Below are positions 13,578 through 26,594 of a DNA stretch of 64,000 nucleotides, in pieces. Made by a program: the position numbers and the translations under genes. The notes under the pieces were generated by a model, which had not been told where the DNA came from, did not search any database, and saw only the letters and a program-made list of their open reading frames with translations. Positions within the stretch are counted from its first letter, which is position 1. The number at the start of each line of letters is the position of its first letter. This DNA comes from the human T2T-CHM13v2.0 reference genome, Homo sapiens. The stretch lies in assembly GCF_009914755.1 (NCBI RefSeq), contig NC_060929.1. One strand, given 5' to 3'.

Positions 13578-13836
13578 CTGAAAGGCAGAGCACAGCATCC
13601 CAGCCTCATGCTGACTACAGTAACCAGAAATCAGGAGGCCTGGCATCCAGTCCTGGACAGCCCTGACCAGTGAGGGGACTTGGGGAGTGCCATTTTGTCT
13701 CCCTGGACCTCAGTGTCCTCATCTGTAAAACAAATATAATGACACCCTACCTGCCTCCTCATAAGACTAGCAACCTCAAAACTTTGAAATATAATGCAAA
13801 TGTGACCCAAATTCTGTTTTTAAAAAACATTAAAAA

Positions 13837-13910
13837 ATATATATATATATATACACACAGACATACATACATACATACATACATACATACATACATACAT
13901 ACATACATAC
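13837..13910. repeat. (TA)n followed by about 12 (CATA) units
   Basis: Read directly. Confidence 0.95.
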
Positions 13911-16900
13911 GGGAGAGGATGTTCATAAGCAAAGAAAAAAAGACAAAAAATACTGAAATAAATCCATTAAAATATTAAGAATAATTATTTCTGAGTGGTA
14001 AATTACATTCATTTTCCTTTTTTGCCTATCTATATTGCCTAGTTTTCCTACAATGCTGTATTACTTACTCATCCTTATATTAGTTGAGTAAAAAGAGTTA
14101 AAAGTTGAAACTAGCCACACAGCAAAAGTGCTGAAATTATCATCAGGGAGGCCTCCCTGCTGGTCGTGTAAGCAGAAGCTGACCTTTCTGCCCACTTCTC
14201 TCCTCCTGTACTGCAGAGGGCATTATCAGATCACTCACCGTGTTGATCAGCCTGAGCTGAGTGCTAGAATTGCTTCGTTTACAAGTTTTAGTATAATCTT
14301 TTAAAATCCTTTTATACAACAAGAAGATGAAAGCCATAAAGAAGGAAGACAGCACAGTATCTAGAAAGTGCAACTGACCTGGTAGCTAGGACACCTGTGT
14401 TCTGGACCTGTCTCTCTGACTTGCTCACTGGGTGACCCTTCCCCTTTCTGGGCCTCAGTTTCCCTATTTGTAAAGGGAAAGAGTTGTACTAGATCAGTAG
14501 TTCACATGGACCACAGACTTCTCCACTCCATGGGCAGGCTGCATCTCAATCGACTGGGAAGCTTTTTGAAAGACAGATTCCACACTGGTCAGGAGTCAGA
14601 AAAAGTTCCTCAGGTGACTGGGATGTGCAGAAAGTTCCTCAGGTGACTGGGATGTGCAGTCAGGTTTCAGACCCAAGAACCAGACTTGTAGACTATAACT
14701 CCATATGGATGAGGACTGTTTTTACCTTGTCCTCGTCTGCTTCCCTGTGCTCCACAGCAGTAGGTTCTCAAGAGATATTGCTTGAATAACAAAAATATAA
14801 ATTAATAAAATCCCTCCCAGCAATTATGCAGGTATGCTAGTAGCTCCTAGCAGTTGCTCTAAACTAACAGCAGATGGTGCTGTTGTACCAACAATGGCTC
14901 TCTCTAACTGACAGGTTTAATAAAATTTGTTGAGTTCCAAAGCTGCCTCACCTTCCTTTCCTCCATGCTCAGCAGGAACACGCATTCCCTGAGAGATGGC
15001 CTCTTTTTTCCCCTAACCATCTGGTGGCATTGCCCACACCCTGCTGAGGAAGCGAGCTGCGTTCCAGGCACTCAGGCAACTCTGCCTCTGCCCTAGTGCA
15101 GCCTCATGCATAAACATTCATGCAGCCGTTTCCTGGACCTAGAGCCACAGGGGCTCCTGGCACCTCAAAGGGCCTCAGGCAGCCAAAGGCCAGGGCCTTT
15201 GGTCTCTGGGTCTTCAGCCAAAAACACCCACCTCGACATGCATGTGGGTTCCCAACTCCAGAGGTGAGACTTGCCCAAATCTTACGAAAGTGAAGCACTG
15301 AAGAAAGGCTGACCTGGGAGCCTGAGGCCAGGGCTCTGACAGTAACCTCAGGAAAAAGGCTTGGTTTTGATTTCCTAAATCAAGGTCAGTGTGCCTCCCA
15401 GGGACACTGGACTCCCAGGCAATAGAGGTGTCACCCTCCAGGTCCTCCAGTGTAGGTAAGAGACAGGAGTAGGGCCAGGTGATGTCCACCCAGCAATAAC
15501 CATTTCAGCAGCGTGGCAGAGACAAAGCAGCTGTAGTCTCCAAAGGCGGCTCCCTCCACAGAGACAAGCCTGAGCTTCCTAAGGCAGGTCTGCCCTCCAA
15601 CTTCGTGCCTGGCTGCCTCCCCAGGCTTTCGGCCCTAGGAGCAGTCACACATCTCAGGGTGTGCTGCCCCAGGCATGCTGAGCTCTCACCCTTAGGTCAC
15701 AACAGAGGATTTCTAGGGAGTACGAAGACTCTACCAAAACTTTAGAAACCAAAATTTCTGAAAGAGGTTTATGACGGGAAAAGAATCATGGGATTTGTGG
15801 ATCGACTTGGTTCTTAGGGAACACCTACTACAACCCTACAACCCACTCATTTCACATATAAGGAATTAGAGGCCAGAATAAGGGAAGGGATTTGCCCAAG
15901 GAAGGTCATATGGCAAATGACAGCAGACCCAGCACCAAGTCCCGGGCCTCCTGACTTCCAGGCAATGGCTCCACGTTCAGGAAGGGCCAACCTGTCAGAA
16001 TCAGCAGAGACAAAAATTCTCTAAAAATAGCACTCCAAACACAAACACTTCTTAAATGGAATCATGCAGATTTTATTTTTGAAACCAGTGAGCACACAAA
16101 GGCTCTTTAAAAATATTAAAATAGCATACTTTTTAAAGAATGATGAGGAAGTGGTCATATGTTTGGTACTATAAAACGAGATCACAACTCAATCTCCAAA
16201 AATACAAAAAAAAAAAAAAAAAAGAGAGAGAGAGAGAGAAAGGAATAACATTGCGGGAATGTGGCTTCCCTTCTCAGAAGTCACACAGTCTTCCCGCCAG
16301 GATCAGATTGGTAATCAGTCACCACTGACCACAGGAACCAGCAGTAAAGAGCCAGTGGACTGATGCCTCTGTCTGCCCTCAGACCCTTCCCTTTGGGCCT
16401 CTAAGACAATGGATGGGAAGACAAAGCAAGGGAGAAGGGGCTGTTGCTCTGCTTCCTGAAAAATCCCAAAGGATCATAGAGCTTCTGGTTTTCTGACAAA
16501 AAGTAGAAGTGGAAAACCTTTTGAAAAGTCATTTTCTTCGCATGTTGGGGAATAGGTTGAAGTGAGGAAAAGTGGGAGTGGGGGACATAAGTTATCTCCA
16601 GACATGAACACTAATAGCTTGGCTTTCAATTCCAGACAGGCAAGCTCAGCTTTGTCAACTGAAGACTTGTCCTACTACTTCAGAGGAATAAGACTGATAA
16701 TTTAGGGATTTAAAAAGCTAACTCTGGAGTCAGCATTACTAATTATATGACCTTGGGCAAATTACTCAACCACTGGCAGACCTCCTTTCTAAATCTGATA
16801 AGTGCAATTCATATTGTATCCACCTCGTAGGGCTGCAGTGAGGATTAAATGGATTGAGGCATAAAAAGTACTTGTTAGGACAGTGCCTGGCACATAGTAA

Positions 16901-17119
16901 GCCTTAACTTTCAAAAGATATAAACATCTTCATAGAAACATAAGGGATGATGAGGAGGAGCGTATTATCTCATCCATTCTCTAGTGATCCCCCAGGAAAG
17001 GTTAACTTATAAAGTACTGTGTCTAGCTGCAAAGGTGCTAGTAGGATTATATACAGCAAAATGAAAGGAGGAGGAGGTAAAATAAAATGTTAAGTTGTTG
17101 AACCAATACCCACTCATGA

Positions 17120-19107
17120 CTGATTAAAGAAATCACAGATTACACAAACTGGAAAAACATCCCATATTCATGGATTGGAAGAATCAATATCATTAAAATG
17201 ACCATATTCCCTGAAGGAATCTACAGATTCAACACAATTCCTATCAAACTATCAACATCATTCCTCATAGAATTAGAAAAAACAATCCTAAAGTTTATAC
17301 AGAACCAAAAAAGAGCCCGAATAGCCAAAGCCAATCTTAACCAAAAAGAACAAAGTCAGAAGTATCACATTACCTGACTTCAAATTATATTACAAGGCTA
17401 TAGTAACTAAAACAGCATGGTGCTGGTACCAAAAATAGACACAGAGAACAATGGAACAGAATAGAGAACCCAGAAACAAAGCCACATACCTATAACAAGC
17501 TGATCTTCAAAAAAGTCGACAAAAATAAAACAATGGGGAAAAGACTCTCTATTCAATAAATGGTGTTGTATGTGGCTAGCCACATACAGAAAAATGAAAC
17601 TAGACCTCTATCTCTTACCATATACAAAAATTAACTGAAGATGGATTAAAGACTTAAATATAAGACCTGAAACTATAAAAGTCCTAGAAGAAAACCTAGA
17701 AAAAACTCTTCTGGGCATTGGCCTAGGCAAACAATTTATGACTAAGATGCCAAACGGAAAGTGCAACAAAAACAAAAATAGACAAATGGGACTTAATTAA
17801 ACAAACAAAAAAAGCTTCTCCACAACATAAGAAATAATCAACAAACAGTCAACCTACAGAATGGGAGAAAATATTTGCAAATTATGCCCCCCAACAAAGG
17901 ATTAATGTTCAGAATATACAAGGAACTCCAACAACTCAACAAGGAAAAAACAACCCCACTAAAAAGCAGGCAAAGGATATACATACAGACATTTCTCAAA
18001 ATAAGGCATGCCAGTGTGGCCAATAATCATATGAAAAAATGCTTAACATCGTAATCATCAGAAAAATGAAGATTAAAACCACAGTGAGATATCATCTTAC
18101 AGATGGCTATTACTAAAAAGTCAAAAAAGGCCGGGTGCAGTGGCTCATGCCTGCAATCCCAGCACTTTGAGAGGCCGAGGCAGGTGGATCATGAGGTCAG
18201 GAGATTGAGACCATCCTGGCTAACAGGGTGAAACCCCATCTCTACTACAAATACAAAAAATTTGCCGGGCATGGTGGTGGGTGCCTGTAGTCCCAGCTAC
18301 TCGGGAGGCTGAGGCAGGAGAATGGCGGAACCCAGGAGGCAGAGCTTGCAGTGAGCCGAGATAGCGCCACTGCACTCTAGCCTGGGCAACAGAGTGAGAC
18401 TTCATCTCAAAAAAAAAAAAAAAAAAAAAAAGTTTAAAAAAAAAAAGACTTTAGCATGGTTGCAGAGAAAAGGGTATGCTTATACACTGTTGTGGAAATA
18501 TAAATTAATACAACCTCTATGGAAAAACAGTATGGGGATTTCTCAAAGAACTCAAAATATAACTACCATTTGACCCAGCAATCCCACTACTGGGTATCTA
18601 TGCAAAGGAAAAGAAATCATTATATTAAAAAGACATGTACAGTTATTATGTTTAAAGCAGCACTACTGACTACCGCAAAGTCATATAATCAATCTAAGTA
18701 TCCATCAATGGCTGATTAAAGAAAATATAGTATGTATACACCATGGAATCTTATGCAACCAAAAAAAGAGTGAAATCATGTCCTTTGCAGCAACATGGAT
18801 GGAGCTGGAGGCCATAATCCTATGTGAGATAACCCAGAAACAAAAAATCAAATACTGCATGTTCTCACTTATATGTACAGGCTAAATAATGGGTATACAT
18901 GGACATAAAGATGAGAACAATAGACACTGGGGATTCCAAAAGGGATAAGTCTGGGAGGAGGGTGAAAGTTGAAAAATTACCCATTGGGTTCAATGGTCAC
19001 TATTTGCGTGATGGGTACACTAGAAGCCCAAACTCGACCATTATGCAATATATCCATGTAACAAACCTGCACATGTGCCCTCTAAATCTAAAATAAAACA
19101 AAAAAAT
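17120..19107 (+). mobile_element. 5'-truncated L1 (L1PB-like): ORF2 3' end plus 3'UTR, interrupted by an Alu
   Basis: ORF2 remnants (cccatattcatggattggaagaatcaat...) and terminus gtaacaaacctgcacatgtgccctctaaatctaaaataaaa. Confidence 0.9.
18129..18431 (+). mobile_element. Alu (AluY/Sc-like) nested in L1
   Basis: gagaccatcctggctaaca and ggagaatggc diagnostic stretches; long A tail. Confidence 0.93.
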
Positions 19108-19165
19108 TTAAGGACCCACTTGTGAGCAAATCAGACACAGCCAGCACCCCGAGGTTCTCCCATAC

Positions 19166-19294
19166 CTGCGCCACTGCGGCGGGTGCTCATGTCCGCCACG
19201 TATATCCATTCATTGGTCGCTGGGTTGTACTGCTCCACAGTGCTCAGACACTGGCGGGAAGCTCCATCATAACCCCCAACAGCATATAGCTTCC
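19166..19294 (-). CDS. KLHL3: KLHL3 coding exon (about exon 12): KLYAVGGYDGASRQCLSTVEQYNPATNEWIYVADMSTRRSGA(G)
   Basis: ORF 19131..19373; acceptor ttgcAG, donor CAG|GTATGG; 129 nt, phase 1-1. Confidence 0.97.
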
Positions 19295-22200
19295 CTGCAA
19301 TAGACAAAGTGGCTGAGTGTGGTGCCAGGGATACTGGCATGAAACCAGAGCTCAGCTGAAACCCTATCTGCAACCAACTGGGGCACCCTTACTTCAGAAT
19401 TCTGTTCCCTCTTTCTCCAGGGGACCACCAACTTACTCCTCAACCAAGCAAAGCATCCTTCACATTTCTTCACATATTCTACTTGCTCTTAAGCCATGAG
19501 CTCCTTAGAAGCAAACACTTAACGTCTTTCTAAATAAGTACCCGCAAATACCCAGCACAAAGCTATGGCCTGGCACCACTGGGGCTCAACATAATCTTGC
19601 TGATGAATTAGGTTAAATTTTCTCTAGAACAAGACACCAGCACCAGATAGATGGAAAGCTAGAAGGCCCCCAGCTATAGGCAGGCAGACCATCTTTCTGG
19701 CTAAAGGCTTGACATAGCAGATGAAGTAAATATGGAAAATTATTATTCAATGAGAACCCAAAACCTGTCTTAGCCATTGTCTCTACCCCTTCCACAACCT
19801 TGGCAGGTAGAGTGTGTGAATGGAGTGTTCTTTGTACATTGTGGGCCAGGGTGGCTGGAATTTTTCTGCAGACTACCCTGTGATCTCTGAGCCATGCACA
19901 AGAGCCCTGAGGTGCCGTCATTTGCTTTTAAATTAAAATACCATTAAGCTGCTACCCAAGAGCATCATTTCTGCCTGGGGCTGGGGGCTGAGGGCTGAGA
20001 GTGAGGTTGGACACAGGAGGAAAAATTTGGCATTTGAGCTATCCCAAAGCAGAAATTCAAACATTTTGGGTTTAAAATTTAGTCTTAAAATGCAATGGGA
20101 TGGTCTCTTCTGTGGGAACAGGGGGAGGAGTCACACTAGCTGTAGACTAAATAAATATCACCAAATGCAAATCTATTTAACAGGATTACTTACTCAGTAG
20201 ATTTTTTGGTCACATGTGCTTTCTTGATGGACAGACACCAAGAATACTACTAGTATTTGAAAATCTGCAATTATTTTAAGTTAGAAAGATTCTCAGGCTC
20301 AAACCTATACTCTGCTACCAGAACTACTGCTGTATTATCAAATATAAAAATGTTTTTCTTCTATCATCATCGAGCCTGGCTTTGTTTTCTGCCCCAGGGT
20401 CCTCTCAATTGACCCATCTAAAAGAAAGAAACACATCGTCCTCAGTTCTGCACTCACCAAAGTCAAAATTTTTTAAAAACCTGACTAAGCAGCTCTTCTA
20501 GGGTCCAGGCTACTTGTATGGTATGTGCTGGTTCAGATGCAAAATATCCATAGCACACTCTCTGCTCTCTTAGGAGCTTCTGCCTACACTCCAATCCACA
20601 GAGTCTTTTCCTAAATAGGTATTCTTCGAGGCAGCCAGTAGCAAATTATTGTGATTTCCTCCATTTTTTTGTTCAGTGTCATTCAAACTGTATAGCCATG
20701 GTAATGAGATGATGAGAGGGAGGAGAGGAAGCCAGACAGTGTGGAGAGCTGTCTCTTCAAGGCCACAGTGAAGAAGACAGAGTCCACTTAAGTCCCTCCC
20801 TCAACATTCTCACCACAGCTGTAAATTGAACTCTGCTGCCCCAGGGTGCCCACAGCTGAAAGAGCTTCAGATTCAGGAAGGGCAGAAGAAACAAATTCCC
20901 AGCCTGTCTTCCACGTCAACAGGGCATGCTACAAGACAGCACTTCTTCCACATACAGAACATGCTCACAAAAGCCTTTGTCAAGGGGAGTATTTTAAATT
21001 ACCACCATTATGGCACCTCCTCTAACCCCCATCAACCATTCCATCTGCATCAGCTGAAAAAATATGCACTCAAGGTTCCTCCTTGAGTCTATTAACAGGG
21101 ATTTGCTATTTTTAACCCCTACTCTATTGTTTGATATTCCTGGCTAAGGAACAAGAGAAGAAATGAGAAGGTGGCTAGACAAAGCACTTACACTTGGCAG
21201 ACAAATCAATTTCTCTTCCACCAAGAGAATGAGATTGCAAGATACAATTTACCTTGGTAGGAGGACAAAATCCTTGCCCTCACATAGATGACTTATTTAG
21301 TATGTTAGAATAGTACACCTTTAAATGAAAACTTAAATTACACAATACCAGTGCAGACTGAGAAATACAGTGTGAGAAAAGAATCTTTCTATTAATGTCT
21401 AACTCGCTGGATGTTACACTCACCCCAGGGCACATTTGTGTTTGCATGTGTATTTCTGAGTGTGTACATGAGAGATGGAATGTCTGCATACACGTCTGAA
21501 TGAACAGATATTCCATCTAAATTCCCACATTACTACAAGTTGATGAATCAGTGTTGTCCTGCAAATGACAACATTTTAGTTCAAGTAATATTCTATGCTT
21601 TGGTACATTGAATTCACACATATTTACAGAACTCCTACCTACTGGCATTTGTCAGCATTTTGAAGGAGCATAGCACAGTGGAAAGAACACCGGCTTAGGA
21701 GTCAGAAGACCTGGGTTCAAGGACAGGCTGTGTTATTTACTGTCATTGGAATGTGGGACATCTGGAGGATGGAGAGAATCTGAGGCCTGCCTATCTCCTT
21801 CACAAGGGTTTTGCAAACAAAACAAGAGACTAGAAATGAGAGGTTTTTTTACAAACAAAAGTGTACCATCTGACCAGGCCCTAGACCTCACCACTCCCTC
21901 CTACCTTACCCTACACAGCTTTCCTGACTAGAACTGGACTCAATCACCAGCCTGCCCTGCAGAGAGTCATCAGACCTAAGAAGAGGTGCCTACCTCACTC
22001 ACAGTTCTGTTAATGTTCAACATATGAATATGAGGACAAAATTAATTAAGCACATTTAACTCTCACTCTACTATATTATCCTCCTGGGTTATATGCTGAC
22101 TATGGATTCCCTACTCCCTTCCCTTCCCCAACTTCTAGCACAGCTATTGACACAGGGCCAAACCACAGGCCGGCATTTCCCCTCTAGGCTCCTTCTACTC

Positions 22201-22422
22201 CCCCAGCCCAGCTCCAACATTTAGCAGCCTTGGGCCAGGAGCTCCACCACCTCTCTGAGTCTCAACTTTCCTCATCCGCTAAATCAGGATAATAGTACCT
22301 AACCCAGAGGAGTGATCTCAGGAAAAAAAACACGGTAGAGGAAGCACCAAGCATGATGCTGGACCCAGGACAAGGCCCGTGGGCCAGGTAGGCCTGGCCA
22401 CTGGCCACTGCCGCCTCCTTAC

Positions 22423-22524
22423 CCTCCACAACGCCCACACCCACACTGCTCCGCCGCGTGTTCATCGGGGCCACAAAGAACCACTCGTTGGTCTTGTAGC
22501 TGTAGGCTTCCACCGATGCTAGGC
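22423..22524 (-). CDS. KLHL3: KLHL3 coding exon (about exon 11): LASVEAYSYKTNEWFFVAPMNTRRSSVGVGVVE(G); includes the R431-S432-S433 WNK-binding/phosphorylation patch
   Basis: ORF 22262..22513; acceptor tcccAG, donor AGG|GTAAGG; 102 nt, phase 1-1. Confidence 0.96.
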
Positions 22525-22829
22525 CTGGGAGACAAGAGACTCATGAGACTTCCGTGGCACCAGGCCTCACCCTGCTGTGTGAGAAGCAGTGAGGATGGGG
22601 GAGGAGTCCAAATGCATGGGCTGGAAACCTAAATGTATGGCTCAGTACCACCTCTGCATCACCATGCGGCCTGTGGCAACTCCCTGAAACACATCTGCAG
22701 TGTCTGCCTGCAGGGACTATTAAGACTTGACTCAGAGAGTGGGCTGTGAAAGGACAAGGGGTGTGTCTGAAATGCATGGCAAATGTAGATCATAAAAACC
22801 GCAGAGTGGGATACTTTGATTCCAAGTAG

Positions 22830-23270
22830 TCACCTGAGGTAGCCTCACTGAACACCTATTCCAATCCCCTTTCCCCCAGCTTCCTCTATCTTAGCAGTGG
22901 AAAGCTAAACACTTGCTTCCCAAGACTCCCTTGCAGCTAGGCGTGACCAAGTCAATGAGACCTAAGCAGAAGTCTACGGGGATTTCAGAAACAGCCTTTG
23001 CTTTTCTAATATAGATACCATTCCCCTTTTTGATTCTTGCTACCTGGAACACAAATGTGTTGGCTGGAGGTATAACAGCCATCTCACGATCATGAGAAAA
23101 AGGCCAAGAGAATCTTAAAGAATGTGGCCTCAATGTCCATGAGTTACTGGACCAACTCAGCAACTGCTAACCTCTAGGCTTCTTGTTTCATGAGTAAAGC
23201 AAAATCCCTCGTGTTTTAAGGCAGAGTATAATCAGGTTCTCTACTTATAGCCAAAAGTAATTCCCAAAAG
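22830..23270 (+). mobile_element. Degenerate MLT1-type LTR
   Basis: cttcccaagactcccttgcagctagg...ctctaggcttcttg...agccaaaagtaattcc; approximate. Confidence 0.55.
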
Positions 23271-24081
23271 AAACAATGCACCACTACCCTTTCCTTCTCT
23301 TTGTTCCACTCACTAAAGGCAGCCTCCAGAGGGGCTAAAGACCCTGGAATTATATGAGTGAGGCAAAGAGAAGGCTGAGAAAGGTCCCCAGATTGTGAAG
23401 ACACAAATAAAAATTCAGCGAAGTAAAAAATACTGCTTTTTACCTCCCTGGGGGCCAAAGAATATCATATTAGTTTAATAGAGCTACTGTCTGCAGAGAC
23501 ATCTACCTGGCAGTATAAGCAGAGATGAGATCACCTCTCTGAGTTTATGTCAACTAACAGTTTTGGGTTGAAATTTTGAAGCTAGATAGAGTCCAGAGGC
23601 AAGGAGGCTCACCTATGGTGAAAAAGCCTGGCAAAGCTTCAGTAGGGTAGTAGAAAGGGCAACAGAAAAAATGGGCAGCCTGGCCCACTGCATGACCTGA
23701 GCCAGGTCTCTTCCAAGTGCTGGACTCAGCTCCCTCATCTGTCTAGCAAAGGGTTCAAACTGGAGGCCTGAGGCACCCCCTAGCTAAGCATGCTCTCCTT
23801 CTAAGTCTCATCTTCTGAGTAAATAGGTTCCCAGACACTGGAAAGTAGGAAAGGGACTCTTCTGAGTCCTAGAAAGCCTAGTACATGGGTAGTTACATAT
23901 TCTGTCTGGAAGAAGGCCTGGCTCTTCACCCAAAAGCTGGATGAGGAAGAAGAGTGGATATGTCCCTGGGGCAGTAGCTACAAATGGACAGAAAGTTGGT
24001 CCAGAACTGGCTGAATAAAACAGGGTTGCATGGAGGATGTGTCCCAGGCTAGGAGGGGTTGGGAACACACCCTAAACCTAC

Positions 24082-24279
24082 CAGTACTGCCATCAAAGCC
24101 TCCCACTGCGTAGAGCAAGTCATTGAGCACCGCTGCGCCCAGTGTGCTCCGGCGCTCCTGCATGCTGGCAATGGACGTCCACTGGTCCTTCACGCCGTCA
24201 TACACATCCACTGTCCGCACCCGCAGTGAGCCATTAAACCCTCCCACGGCATACACGTGGCCAGCCATGAACACCACAC
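24082..24279 (-). CDS. KLHL3: KLHL3 coding exon (about exon 10), Kelch 2-3: VVFMAGHVYAVGGFNG...LYAVGGFDGST(G)
   Basis: ORF 23978..24298; acceptor cctcAG, donor CTG|GTAGGT; 198 nt, phase 1-1. Confidence 0.97.
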
Positions 24280-24489
24280 CTGAGGCACAGGAAACCAAGA
24301 CATCAAGGTCAGGTCAGGCGCATGACTGCTCATGTTGATGGATGGCAATGGAGGAGCAAGACAGACACAGGAAAAGTCGCCACCGAAGATACTTTAGGTA
24401 TTTGGCAGTCATTATGGGATTCACTGGATTTCTTTCCTACTTGCTTTTCTAATTTTGTCTGATTCAAGTAAATATTTGAATCAGCTTTA

Positions 24490-24920
<431 letters not shown>

Positions 24921-24989
24921 TCACGACTTCTGGCACGGAGTGGGGACCAGCAGGGGAAAAACAGCTTGCAGAACTGGGAGGCTGCTCAC

Positions 24990-25107
24990 CTGCTCTGCAT
25001 CTTCTGGAAGGAAGCTCAGCAATCTGATCCCACCGGTCCTCCTCGAAATCATAGCACTCCACACTGCGGATTGCCTTGGGTGCCTGGCCGCCAACCACAA
25101 TCATGAC
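24990..25107 (-). CDS. KLHL3: KLHL3 coding exon (about exon 9), Kelch 1: VMIVVGGQAPKAIRSVECYDFEEDRWDQIAELPSRRCRA(G)
   Basis: ORF 24736..25104 has the Kelch GG..Y..W motif; acceptor ctccgGAG, donor CAG|GTGAGC; 118 nt. Confidence 0.95.
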
Positions 25108-26408
25108 CTCCGGAGAGACAAGTGGACATTAGCGGGGTCACCCCAAAATCTGGATTTATGGTATCCCTGGTACTTCCACATGGCTTATCGCCCAGGGTGT
25201 GTGGATGATCTGAGATGCCAGTTTACAGAGCTACATACATGGGGATGCTGCTCCTGGTCGCCAACAGGTATGAGTATTCAAGAAAAGTCTAACAAGCATC
25301 TTCCCACAGAAACACAGTCATAAGTTCTGTTTCCCAAATGCCCCACTCGGGGCTATCTTGTGGGTATGTGAAGCCGCACAGGGCATCATCTGTAATCTCA
25401 GTGCCCTCAGATTGGGAATGGGGGGTGCTAAATCTTATATCAAAACAAACTTGAATATACTTTGAAAAAGAGTTCAGAATTTGGACGTATGTTTTAAAGT
25501 ATTACTCAAAAGCATTTCTGAATGCCTAGAATGTAGGGTGCACTTATGCACTGCAGTATAGAAAAAAATTGAAAAACTCCTGTGAGATGGTTATTACAAA
25601 AGTTATTAAACGGATGATGTTCTGGAAACTAGTGCTAGCAGTCCTATTTCCACAAGTAAGGTAGTAGCTACCACTGCTAGGTACCATGTGAAATGTGTTG
25701 TCATTTACTTGTCACCACAACTGTGAGGTAGATATCATCATCCACATTGACAGATAGGAAAGTAAAGCTCAGAGAACACATGTAAGTGGCCCAAGGTCAC
25801 ACAGCTAAGAGTGTAGGCAGAGACTGAAACCCAAGTCTACCTGACAGAGGATGAGGCCAGCCACCCCCCCCCAACTCCTGCTCTAGAGACAGGATCCAAG
25901 CAAACACAGCTTGCTGCATCTATGTTTGTCAAAACACAGGTCGCTTTCCATTAGTAGGTCATGAAATCAATTTAATGGATTATGACCAGCACATATATTT
26001 TTAAAAGCACAGAAAATATGATAAGAATATTATTTCATGAAATATTGGTTTTGGCTATACACACTTACATGTGTCTTCTGGATAGCAATTTAAATGCATT
26101 TTGTATTGCAAGGGCATGGTCAAACACAATGAAAACTACTGCTCTGGTTAGGTTAATAGAACTGCAGTACTTAATTATGGTATCACTGCTGTGTCTTTGG
26201 TCACATGTTATTAATAAATAAAAAATTAAAGTACCAGTTACCTATAGTTTACATATTTTAATAAACATGTACAAATTCATAGCTGTCCCCACAATGATGT
26301 CACTCTCACTCAACGGCATTCCAATATGCTTTCTTGAGTGGAGAGAAAGGGTGGAAGTCACAACCAGCAAATTCATTTGATCATTACCTGTAGCTTGTCT
26401 TATTTACC

Positions 26409-26594
26409 CAGTGGTTCTCAAACTTGAGCATACATCAGAATCACCTAGAGGACTTGTGAAAACACAAGCTGCTGGGCCCTATCCCCAGAGTGTGATTCAG
26501 TGGATCTGCAGTGGAGCCCAGAGGCTGCCTTTCTAACAAGTTCCCAGGTGCTGCTGCTGCTGCCACTCTAGGGTTCATACTTTGAGAACCACCT
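26409..26594. mobile_element. MER5A-type hAT-Charlie MITE
   Basis: TIRs cagtggttctcaaa ... tttgagaaccac; internal catcagaatcacct and aacaagttcccaggtg. Confidence 0.85.

Noticed and set aside
24123-24338. Antisense ORFs over Kelch exons (also 13258..13581 and 10840..11175)
   Set aside because: Explained by stop-codon depletion opposite real coding exons
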